Position numbers and translations under genes: made by a program. This document shows positions 10,648 to 18,119 of a stretch of 64,000 nucleotides of DNA, one piece after another. Location: positions 192,001 to 256,000 of the IMG/VR virus record IMGVR_UViG_3300013426_000014; one strand, written 5' to 3'. Under the pieces are notes generated by a model. The model saw nothing but the letters and a program-made list of their open reading frames with translations. It was not told the DNA's origin and did not search any database. Source of the stretch: a virus. Taxonomy: Duplodnaviria; Caudoviricetes. Position 1 is the first letter of the stretch. Each line of letters starts with the position of its first letter.

Positions 10648-10735
10648 GGGGAGGCTGCTCAGACGGCGGATGGGCGCCGGACTGTAAATCCGGTACAATG
10701 ACACGCAGCGGGTTCGAATCCCGCCTTCCCCACCA
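10648..10735 (+). tRNA. tRNA-Tyr(GTA)
   Basis: CCGGA-CTGTAAA-TCCGG, encoded CCA. Confidence 0.9.
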
Positions 10736-10743
10736 GATATAAT

Positions 10744-10829
10744 GGAAGGGTCGCATAGTTGGCTTAGTGCGCCGGTCTTGAAAACCGGAGGCCTTGATGG
10801 GTCCGCGGGTTCGAATCCCGCCCTTTCCG
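10744..10829 (+). tRNA. tRNA-Ser(TGA)
   Basis: CCGGT-CTTGAAA-ACCGG, long variable arm. Confidence 0.9.
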
Positions 10830-10835
10830 CGGTAC

Positions 10836-10906
10836 GCCCCTGTCGCTAATGGTGAAGCAGACAGTCTCCAAAACTGTTAATGCCTGTTCGAGTCGGGCCG
10901 GGGGTG
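10836..10906 (+). tRNA. tRNA-Trp(CCA)
   Basis: ACAGT-CTCCAAA-ACTGT, G73. Confidence 0.85.
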
Positions 10907-10913
10907 CGAAATA

Positions 10914-11150
10914 TTGGAAGTTATGGATTTGAGTTTTGATGATTTCAGGGCGGATGTCATGTCCGCGGCGGCGGAGCGTCCGTCATACATAAGGTTCGGA
11001 CAGGCGGTGTTCAACTACATAGACGAGATGTACGGTGTCGCGAGGGACGTACAGTTCGTCGACGGTATAGATTGCTTTTACAATGATAATGACGCCGACA
11101 TGTTCATGGTGGCGGCGTGGAGACGGGTTACCGCGACCGGCGGAAAATAA
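10914..11150 (+). CDS. Hypothetical protein
   Basis: RFGQAVFN...DCFYND. Confidence 0.65.
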   Translation: MEVMDLSFDDFRADVMSAAAERPSYIRFGQAVFNYIDEMYGVARDVQFVDGIDCFYNDNDADMFMVAAWRRVTATGGK

Positions 11151-11258
11151 AGTGAAAAAAGTTCGCGAAAAATTTTTTGTTTAGAAAATATTCGTTATCT
11201 TTGCATTGTTGATTGTAACGGCATAATAATTTACGGCCTCCGAAAGGGGGTCAATGAC

Positions 11259-11335
11259 AGGGAGCTGGCGCAACGGTCGAGCGCGCGTGCCTGATACGCA
11301 TGAGGTTCCGGGTTCGAATCCCGGGTTCCCTACCA
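11259..11335 (+). tRNA. tRNA-Ile(GAT)
   Basis: CGTGC-CTGATAC-GCATG, CCA. Confidence 0.9.
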
Positions 11336-11345
11336 GAAAATAAAA

Positions 11346-11417
11346 GGGCCTTTCGTATAACGGTCATTACGGCGGACTGTTAATCCGTTTATCCGGGTTC
11401 GAATCCCGGTTGGCCCG
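11346..11417 (+). tRNA. tRNA-Asn(GTT)
   Basis: GCGGA-CTGTTAA-TCCGT. Confidence 0.85.
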
Positions 11418-11426
11418 CGAAAGGAT

Positions 11427-11500
11427 GCGCTTGTAGCTCAGTTGGTAGAGCACGTGACTTTTAATCACGGGGTCGCAGGGTTCGAGTCCCGCCGGGCGTA
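11427..11500 (+). tRNA. tRNA-Lys(TTT)
   Basis: CGTGA-CTTTTAA-TCACG. Confidence 0.9.
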
Positions 11501-11516
11501 CGATGATCTTTGACAC

Positions 11517-11685
11517 AACAGCGGCCGGGTCGGGAAGAGCAAGGCACAGCCAAAAACTAAGTATGATGACGGGCGGCAGCATGCGGCCGTGGCCGCAATT
11601 AGAAAAGTTTGAGGTGATGCACGTAGGACCACGCTTCCGATCATGACGGATGCAGTTCTAACGTATGGTAATGACGGCCGCTGTT
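11517..11685 (+). ncRNA. Putative structured ncRNA (~170 nt)
   Basis: 11-bp closing stem AACAGCGGCCG/CGGCCGCTGTT; preceded by boxA-like TCTTTGACA. Confidence 0.5.
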
Positions 11686-11696
11686 CGCACAATGAT

Positions 11697-11770
11697 GCCT
11701 GGGTGACGGAACTGGTATACGTACGCCGCTCAAACCGGCGGTTCTGCAGGTTCGATTCCTGCCCTGGGCA
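11697..11770 (+). tRNA. tRNA-Leu(CAA), short variable arm
   Basis: CGCCG-CTCAAAC-CGGCG. Confidence 0.8.
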
Positions 11771-11934
11771 CGCATTAGTCAGTTGAAGTCGACGCTAAGA
11801 AACTGACAACCTGACGCGGCAAGTCGGCGTCGTCGGTCAGGGGGCGATGACACATGAGGACTGCCGTCTTTGACACGGCAGAATGTCATGAGGGGTGACG
11901 CCCGGGATTAACAACCATGAAGATCACCCAATAT

Positions 11935-12005
11935 ATCCATGTCGTTCAGCGGAAGGACCGGACGCTTCTAACGTCCAGACGGGGGTTCGAATCCTCCCTT
12001 GGGTA
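11935..12005 (+). tRNA. tRNA-Arg(TCT)
   Basis: GGACG-CTTCTAA-CGTCC. Confidence 0.8.
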
Positions 12006-12018
12006 CAGGATATACGTC

Positions 12019-12092
12019 GCCCCGGTGGTGAAATTGGCAGACACGTCTGACTTAGGATCAGAAGGTTCAGGGTTCGAGTCCCTGCTGGGGCA
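12019..12092 (+). tRNA. tRNA-Leu(TAG), short variable arm
   Basis: TCTGA-CTTAGGA-TCAGA. Confidence 0.85.
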
Positions 12093-12106
12093 CAAAATAT
12101 TGATAC

Positions 12107-12178
12107 GCCGCCGTCATCTAACGGTCAGGATTCCGGATTTTCATTCCGGCAACCCGGGTTCGAGTCCCGGCGGCGGTG
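12107..12178 (+). tRNA. tRNA-Glu(TTC)
   Basis: CCGGA-TTTTCAT-TCCGG. Confidence 0.9.
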
Positions 12179-12183
12179 CGAAT

Positions 12184-12256
12184 GGGGAGGTGGCAGATGA
12201 GGTCATTGCGCCGGTCTGAAAAACCGGAGGAGCCGGATCGTTACCGGCCCGCCCCA
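12184..12256 (+). tRNA. tRNA-Phe(GAA)
   Basis: CCGGT-CTGAAAA-ACCGG; atypical T loop ATCGTTA. Confidence 0.8.
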
Positions 12257-12340
12257 CGATACGTTATTAAGCAGCCGAAATTGCTGTCCCGTAACCACGT
12301 AAATCGGGCGCGACGAAAGGGCGGTTGAAACAGCCCGTAC

Positions 12341-12412
12341 GGTTCTATAGGTCAACGGTCAGACTAAGTGCCTCTTAAGCATTGGATCCGGGTTCGAGTC
12401 CCGGTGGAACCA
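12341..12412 (+). tRNA. tRNA-Lys(CTT)
   Basis: AGTGC-CTCTTAA-GCATT. Confidence 0.85.
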
Positions 12413-12504
12413 CAGGGCGGGATACAACTGAATCTGTCATAACAGCAGGGTTGGAATACCCTGTGTATGTGTGAAGGATATGAGTGGTTCCTGCCTGAAT
12501 GATA

Positions 12505-12632
12505 AGTCGGTTCGTTTAATCGGAAAAGGACAGCGCGTTGTTTGTTCAGGCTTCCCGATAAAGTCTGCAACCGGTTGGTATCGGGATCAACCGTTTGACG
12601 TGAAAATCATGGTTCGAGTCCATGCCCGGCTT
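12505..12632 (+). ncRNA. tRNA-like RNA with a ~60-nt pseudoknotted insert replacing the anticodon loop
   Basis: Acceptor AGTCGG/CCGGCT, D arm, T arm CATGG-TTCGAGT-CCATG; insert stem CAGGCTT/AAGTCTG whose loop CCCGATA pairs with TATCGGG. Confidence 0.65.
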
Positions 12633-12743
12633 CTGCATCTAAAAGTTAATACGTATTGTCAATTGTCATAGGACATGAGCCTGTGACGACCGACGGGGCA
12701 GCTTTCGCCGCGATGCCCGGCAACAGAAATTCGCGGCGGGTAT

Positions 12744-12816
12744 ATCCCTGTCGAATAGACGGCAAGTTCACCGCCCTCTCACGGCGGAAACCCGGGTTCG
12801 AGTCCCGGCGGGGATA
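12744..12816 (+). tRNA. tRNA-Glu(CTC)
   Basis: CCGCC-CTCTCAC-GGCGG. Confidence 0.9.
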
Positions 12817-12835
12817 CATTGAATGTTTATAGATT

Positions 12836-13039
12836 ATGACACCTGTTGTTATATTGATATTATTGCTCGCTGCCTGCTTCGCCACAGCTTTCGTCTCAAT
12901 CGCAAGGATGATACAGAGACAGTCCGATGCCAATATGTATGTTCATCCGGATATGATCCGCAAGTTGCGACTGTCTTTTGTTTTTATGGTTATATGCGCG
13001 GCGGTCGCGGCGACATTGATTTTGTTCTTTGGATCATAA
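12836..13039 (+). CDS. Small two-TM membrane protein
   Basis: Two hydrophobic segments. Confidence 0.7.
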   Translation: MTPVVILILLLAACFATAFVSIARMIQRQSDANMYVHPDMIRKLRLSFVFMVICAAVAATLILFFGS

Positions 13040-13182
13040 AGTTGCTTATTACTCATTTTTTTCATAATTTATAATTTTTTTATAATCGGATCCGTCGTGA
13101 GATGTGTCCGATTATTTTTTGTATAAAAATTCCATATGTCAAACATAATGCTTATATTTGTACTGTTAAAAACGTAATAAGT

Positions 13183-13671
13183 ATGAGAACAAAAATTAAC
13201 ATATTGATTGACAATATCAAAGATAGTTATGCACATATTCCGTATACGATCCGTCATCGACGTGTGTTCAGAATTGTTGAGCGGGAGTTCACCGGCAAGG
13301 TGACACACTGGTTCCATGATATGGACAAACTTGCTCTTTACACGTTCGCGCCGTGGCTTGGCACGCAAAGGATAAGCGATATCCATTGCCGCCGCACCGG
13401 CCATCATCCGAAATACAAAGATAATACCGGTAAGATCGTATATAAAGAAAATATCACTGATGACAATATCGCGGAGATGTTGATTGACTGGGAATCCGCG
13501 CGGTTTACTAAGCCGGATAAGCCGTTGGACATGTACGGCACGCTGATACGGTATTATCCGGAGCTCACTGCCCGGGCGTGTAAAGTCATAAGGGAACGGT
13601 TCCGTCCCGAAACACGGGTGCATGATCCCGCCGATATAATACAGGCGATGAGAATCGGGATGTTCTGGTGA
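13183..13671 (+). CDS. HD-like protein (DUF5662-like)
   Basis: WFHDMDK...H...HHP...EMLIDWESA; ends TGA-TAA. Confidence 0.6.
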   Translation: MRTKINILIDNIKDSYAHIPYTIRHRRVFRIVEREFTGKVTHWFHDMDKLALYTFAPWLGTQRISDIHCRRTGHHPKYKDNTGKIVYKENITDDNIAEMLIDWESARFTKPDKPLDMYGTLIRYYPELTARACKVIRERFRPETRVHDPADIIQAMRIGMFW

Positions 13672-13842
13672 TAATTTTTTATTTTGAAAATTTTTTATTT
13701 ACGAAATATTCACTATCTTTGCGATACAAAAAAAATGAAAGTTGTTTTGTTTTATTTGCCATGATTGTATAAACCCGTGTCCCGGCCGGGACGGTACCAG
13801 ACGCGGGTTCATTAAAAGATTATGAAAAATTTCGGTCCGTCT

Positions 13843-13855
13843 GATATATAATATA
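13843..13855 (+). promoter_or_regulatory. Phage promoter-like motif GATATATAATATA upstream of tRNA blocks
   Basis: Identical copies at 13843, 22860, 24752, 30228; variants at 10248, 14573, 23915. Confidence 0.65.
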
Positions 13856-13869
13856 TGAATGACGGAAAC

Positions 13870-13940
13870 GCGGTGTTAGTATAACGGTATTATACCGGCT
13901 TCCCAAGCCGGGGACGGGGGTTCGACTCCCCTACGCCGCT
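13870..13940 (+). tRNA. tRNA-Gly(CCC)
   Basis: CCGGC-TTCCCAA-GCCGG. Confidence 0.9.
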
Positions 13941-13969
13941 CAAAGAATGCTCATTGAAATACAGTTAAT

Positions 13970-14043
13970 TGAGGCGTGATGTAATGGTAGCATTACTGAT
14001 TTTGGTTCAGTCCGTTCGGGTTCGAATCCAGACGTCTCAACCA
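13970..14043 (+). tRNA. tRNA-Gln(TTG)
   Basis: ACTGA-TTTTGGT-TCAGT, CCA. Confidence 0.9.
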
Positions 14044-14236
14044 CAGATAAGCGGCCATTGCCAGGCCGCGGGATCCTGAAGGGTATATGTGTGGATCGGG
14101 CCGGGCAGGAAGGCAATACCACCGGTTATCGGATCGCTATACAGCTCTGCTTTCGGCGGCGGATGTCCGGATGATAAAAAGCGCCATTCGCGGAATAGCG
14201 GTTGCAAAGAAGAGATGACCCCTGCAGGATCAATTT

Positions 14237-14325
14237 GGAAAGGTGTGATAATTGGTAGTCGGCCGCTCTCGAAAAGCGGTGGTCGGGTAACCGGCTTGCG
14301 GGTTCGAGCCCCGCCCTTTCCGCCA
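14237..14325 (+). tRNA. tRNA-Ser(CGA)
   Basis: CCGCT-CTCGAAA-AGCGG, long variable arm, CCA. Confidence 0.9.
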
Positions 14326-14461
14326 GAATGATGTCCGGCCTTCCTCCGGGAAAACACGGAAATGAGTTACGGTCAAGACTCACGTTAATCAAAATTGTAT
14401 CGGGACGGTCGCGTCCTGTAGTTGGATGTCATTTGTTTTCATAACTGTGTTTTTGTTGGTT

Positions 14462-14533
14462 GCGGGTATAGCACAACGGTTAGTGTGTCAGCTTGCCATG
14501 CTGGAAATGCCGGTTCGATTCCGGCTACCCGCT
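14462..14533 (+). tRNA. tRNA-Gly(GCC)
   Basis: TCAGC-TTGCCAT-GCTGG. Confidence 0.9.
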
Positions 14534-14608
14534 CAAAATTTTGAAAAAAGTTTGAAAAAAGTTTGGCAGTTACATATATAATTTATGTTGATTGTCAATA
14601 AGATAAAT

Positions 14609-14680
14609 AGCGGGGTAGAGCAGAGGCAGCTCATCAGGCTCATAACCTGAAGGTCAGGGGTTCGAATCCCTTTCCCGCTA
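14609..14680 (+). tRNA. tRNA-Met(CAT), initiator-like body
   Basis: TCAGG-CTCATAA-CCTGA. Confidence 0.85.
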
Positions 14681-14688
14681 CGAGACAT

Positions 14689-14761
14689 GCGGATATGGTG
14701 TAATGGATAACATTCTTGATTCCGGTTCAAGCGATTTCAGGTTCGAGTCCTGATATCCGTA
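14689..14761 (+). tRNA. tRNA-Arg(CCG)
   Basis: CTTGA-TTCCGGT-TCAAG. Confidence 0.85.
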
Positions 14762-14774
14762 CAAGCAGAAATTT

Positions 14775-14849
14775 TGTGGGATAGAGCAGAGGTAGCTCAT
14801 CAGGCTCATAACCTGAAGGTCGGGGGTTCGAATCCCCCTCCCGCTACCA
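14775..14849 (+). tRNA. tRNA-fMet(CAT)
   Basis: 1:72 mismatch, TCAGG-CTCATAA-CCTGA, CCA. Confidence 0.85.
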
Positions 14850-14859
14850 AAACCGTGAT

Positions 14860-15224
14860 GCCTTCGTAGTTTAACGGTAGAACAATGGTCTTTGAGAATG
14901 TTGAATACAGTTTGTATATGATGTGTATGAATGCTAGCATTCATCCAGATCTTTATATAGAGTGTATTTGACACAATTGGAGCTTGCAAATCGAAAGGTT
15001 TGCAATGGACATGATGATAACGTTGAACCCGTAACAGGTCACGCTGACGGTAACGACGTCGGAACGGTAGATTTGCCGGCCGCGAGAGAGTAGATAATCA
15101 TGCACCTGTAGCGATTGATTTCGTATGGTGAATACGTACTCCAGACCACAACGATTTTTGTCGGCATGGTAACATGCGTGGTAAGCAAAACCATTAAGTG
15201 TGGGTTCGAATCCTACCGAAGGTG
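14860..15224 (+). tRNA. Intron-split opal suppressor tRNA-Trp(TCA); exons 14860-14892 and 15186-15224
   Basis: Spliced anticodon arm ATGGT-CTT|CAAA-ACCAT; acceptor GCCTTCG/CGAAGGT; G73; Trp-like GGTCTTCAAAACC. Confidence 0.85.
14893..15185 (+). mobile_element. Group I self-splicing intron (IC3-like, no ORF)
   Basis: Follows a U and ends in G; IGS TTG-GAG at 14977-14982; P2 TTGCAAATC-GAAA-GGTTTGCAA; P3 CATGAT/ATCATG; P7 GAGAGTA/GTACTC; P9 GCATG-GTAA-CATGC. Confidence 0.88.
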
Positions 15225-15258
15225 CGAATATTAACAGACAGAATTAGATTTATTGATT

Positions 15259-16053
15259 ATGACAGAAACAAAGATGAATACGCTGCTGGCCAGGACAGAT
15301 CATGCTGCGGCGAGTGTGAACAAGATGTTTGCCGATTACGGCGCTTTCTTCAAGACGAAGCAGGGCGCATTCAGAGGCGAGAAGAAGACTTTCGAGCCAA
15401 GGGCCGGATATTTTGAGGATCCGTCTAAAATTGGCAATACTAAGGTTGTCACCACGGTCGGAGAGAAACTCGATTGGTTCAATGATCGTCTTAAGAAATA
15501 TCTTAAGGACGTGTTCACAGTTGAGGAGACGAATTCCGCTGGCGCGAACAGAGTGGAGCTTGTCGTCAACGGCAGGTCATTCGGAAAGTTTACCGCGCTT
15601 GAGCTTATGCGTCTCAAGTCATTGCTGACCAACTCCTCGCTTTCCACCGTATATGAAAACATTCCTGTCCGATCAGATGCGGAGGTGTGGAGTCCTGTGA
15701 CTGATCCTGAGTACGCCGGACGTGAGGTGTTCCAGACGGAGCTCGTCAAGGGCGTTACCCGTACAACAGAGAATGAGGAGGTGATCCTTAAGGATCCGAA
15801 TCTCGATCCTGCTCATCTTCCTTCAAACTATTCGGCGAAAGTGACGGTTAAACGCAAGACCGTCGAGACTGGTGATTACACGCAACAGAAGTTTACCGGC
15901 GAGTGGACACAGCGTCAGCGCGCCGAACTGCTCAAGCGTAAGTCAGATCTTCTCGCCGCCGTTATTGCCGCGCTTAAGGAGGTCAATGACACCGATGTGC
16001 AGCTACCGGAGTTCGACGTTGATTCCATTGTTGACTATATTACCGAAGGGTAA
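15259..16053 (+). CDS. Conserved hypothetical protein (resembles the family recalled as DUF7873; unverified)
   Basis: MNTLLA...FRGEKKTFEP...TTVGEKLDW...LKEVND; followed by a permuted tRNA-like RNA. Confidence 0.6.
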   Translation: MTETKMNTLLARTDHAAASVNKMFADYGAFFKTKQGAFRGEKKTFEPRAGYFEDPSKIGNTKVVTTVGEKLDWFNDRLKKYLKDVFTVEETNSAGANRVELVVNGRSFGKFTALELMRLKSLLTNSSLSTVYENIPVRSDAEVWSPVTDPEYAGREVFQTELVKGVTRTTENEEVILKDPNLDPAHLPSNYSAKVTVKRKTVETGDYTQQKFTGEWTQRQRAELLKRKSDLLAAVIAALKEVNDTDVQLPEFDVDSIVDYITEG

Positions 16054-16174
16054 TTGACAATAAGAGACAGACGCCTTCTCTGATTGGCGTTCAGTAGCAC
16101 TGATCAAGGATCTGAGCGTGACGCGAAACACCTGGATTGATTTTTTCTTTGACATAATAATTTTTATATATTGA

Positions 16175-16440
16175 CAAAAGCTTCAGCTTAAGCATCAACG
16201 TTAACAAGATCCTGGACGATCAAGTTTTAGTGTTGTGTCAATAGCTTTGGCTTTACAGTCAATGTCTTGATGTCAGCGTTTTGATCTATACACTTCAAGA
16301 CCGCGGTTTCGCGGGTTCGATTCCCGCATCCCCCTCTACTTTTATTGAATATACGGGGGATTGCTGAAGTGGTTAACAGCGCGGTTTCAGATTTTCACAT
16401 GAATGAATATCGATAAAGCTTCAGTATAAATACGTTGAAC
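16175..16440 (+). ncRNA. Putative ncRNA containing a circularly permuted tRNA-like domain (3' half 16299-16335, 5' half 16355-16386)
   Basis: T arm GCGGG-TTCGATT-CCCGC plus ATCCCCC precede GGGGGAT, the D arm and GCGGT (pairs ACCGC); outer bounds approximate. Confidence 0.7.
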
Positions 16441-16492
16441 ACATCAGACAAAATTTGGGGCGGTTTTTTGAGGATATTTGGATTATCGCCCT

Positions 16493-16566
16493 GGCCGGAT
16501 AGCTCAGTTTGGCAGAGCGCAAGCCTTGTAAGCATGAAGTCTATAGTTCGAATCTATATCCGGCCG
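16493..16566 (+). tRNA. tRNA-Thr(TGT)
   Basis: Loop CTTGTAA; one stem mismatch. Confidence 0.75.
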
Positions 16567-16575
16567 CGAGAATAT

Positions 16576-16683
16576 AACGGGTTGGCGGAATGGTATACGC
16601 GCGCCGCGTGAATTATTTTGCGGTGTATTGTTTCCGGAAAATTCCAGGGTTCCGGATTGATGGTTCGAGTCCATCACCCGTTG
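16576..16683 (+). ncRNA. Non-canonical tRNA-like RNA (enlarged anticodon loop, long variable arm)
   Basis: Acceptor AACGGGT/ACCCGTT; T arm GATGG-TTCGAGT-CCATC; no 7-nt anticodon loop. Confidence 0.65.
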
Positions 16684-16690
16684 CAAGTTT

Positions 16691-16764
16691 GGTCCCTTAA
16701 CTCAGTTGGTCAGAGTAACTGACTCATAATCAGTAAGTCGGGGGTTCAAGGCCCTCAGGGACCA
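16691..16764 (+). tRNA. tRNA(CAT): Ile2 or elongator Met
   Basis: ACTGA-CTCATAA-TCAGT. Confidence 0.8.
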
Positions 16765-16771
16765 CAAAAAT

Positions 16772-16847
16772 CGGGATGTAGCGCAGTTGGCAGCGCGCCG
16801 CGTTCGGGACGCGGAGGTCGGAGGTTCGAGTCCTCTCATCCCGACCA
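16772..16847 (+). tRNA. tRNA-Pro(CGG)
   Basis: CCGCG-TTCGGGA-CGCGG, CCA. Confidence 0.9.
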
Positions 16848-16851
16848 GTTC

Positions 16852-16924
16852 GGGCTTTTGGTGATAACGGTCAGCACAGCGGCTTCGCATGCCGCAGGTA
16901 CGAGTTCGATTCTCGTAAAGTCCA
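16852..16924 (+). tRNA. tRNA-Ala(CGC)
   Basis: GCGGC-TTCGCAT-GCCGC. Confidence 0.85.
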
Positions 16925-16940
16925 CTTTATTTTTACGGAT

Positions 16941-17354
16941 ATGTCAAAAAACAGGAAAGATATTTCAGCGGTGGTTTCTATTGGTGATCATATCGAATAT
17001 GCGAATTCATCCGATGCGGTTGACGCGGTTCTGATGATATTGGAGAAGAATGGAGAGAAGATGACGTAGAAAGAGCTTTCCGACATCATTTTTGCCGCGG
17101 TGGAAAATATGCAGAAATCTCCGGTCGATGTTATATATTCGCTTATCCAGAATCTGGTGAATGACAAGGATCTTGTTATGGTGCAGTCTGCAATTACGTC
17201 ACATGATGTTGTCAATGATTCTGATATGGCATATAAGATTTGGTCTGCTGTCACTAAGATGTTCCAGTCTTGTTTCGCGCCGACCGATCTTCTGAACAAG
17301 ATGCTTAACCTGGTAAAGGCCATGTATAAAGAACTGTACAGGTCAAGTTGGTAA
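16941..17354 (+). CDS. Hypothetical protein with one in-frame TAG (17067)
   Basis: MSKNRKD...GEKMT*KELSDII continues in frame into the 17100-17354 ORF. Confidence 0.55.
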
Positions 17355-17450
17355 TATCTGTAATTTTGGATTTTACGAACTTTTTATAATGAATTTTTCA
17401 TAATTGTTTTTTGGTTTCTCCGCGGCAGTGACGTCCCGGAGTTTTTTTAT

Positions 17451-17458
17451 TATAAATA
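17451..17458 (+). promoter_or_regulatory. T4-type late promoter TATAAATA
   Basis: Perfect match after a terminator, just before the TGA-recoded cluster; GATAAATA variants at 4235, 8049 (+) and 42053, 48253 (-). Confidence 0.6.
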
Positions 17459-17463
17459 ATTAT

Positions 17464-17586
17464 ATGAAACGTTTTTATAAAGTACAAGAAGAGTTTGACA
17501 TGTCGGAGATATCCGACACGGACTGCACTGATACGGATATGTCCGTTTTTTGAAAGTATATTGAATTATTGGATTTTATAACTTAA
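17464..17586 (+). pseudogene. Truncated EDFD-family stub
   Basis: VQEEFDMSEISDTDCTDT; TGA at 17551, TAA at 17584. Confidence 0.55.
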
Positions 17587-17591
17587 ATACA

Positions 17592-18059
17592 ATGAACCAT
17601 ATTAACGAAGATTTTGATTTGTCTAATATGTCAGATATAGACTATATTGATATATTTGCTGACATTGATCAGGATGCAGAAATTGTTAATAATTTCACCA
17701 ATGCATTAAGGCGAGATTTGTATCTTACCAATACAGCAATTCCAGATAATTTTGATGTCGGCGGGGTTGATTTAATCAAAATAGATGACGATTGCATCGT
17801 TGGGAAGATTTTGACATGGGACGCGGAAAAAGTAATGCATCATTTTGGATTATACAGATTGTTTTGTTCGATTATATTATATCCTGGCAAAGACGGGCAG
17901 ATAGAGTTCAATAGGCGGATAGGTCTTCCATGACGGATTGTGTCAAAAACCGAAGCATGTAATGTCAGAATCGTTACAAGTAATTTTATGATGACAGACG
18001 GCGCGCCATTTTCCGTTGACGGCGAGGTGACAACCGTGGTCAGGTCGTGATGAAATTAA
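17592..18059 (+). CDS. EDFD-family protein, TGA=Trp (17931, 18048, 18051)
   Basis: INEDFDLSNMSDIDY; readthrough adds the family repeat GAPFSVDGE. Confidence 0.65.
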
Positions 18060-18119
18060 ATGATAATATATAGGTGTTGCATTGTATTATTAAAAGATAA
18101 GCAAATATATAGAAAGTCA

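Noticed and set aside
12257-14440. HDV-like (theta) or hammerhead ribozymes beside tRNAs
   Set aside because: Could not fit the nested double pseudoknot or the CUGANGA/GAAA core by eye; a formal search is still warranted
14860-15224. Reading the split tRNA as Cys(GCA) or as tmRNA
   Set aside because: GCA would need the intron to end in A and breaks P1/P10 pairing; G73 is not the Cys U73; a full D arm and group I core exclude tmRNA
10336-16890. ORF-track entries overlapping tRNA arrays (e.g. 10336-10704, 11917-12219, 14037-14357, 14678-14989)
   Set aside because: They are translations of tRNA or intron sequence
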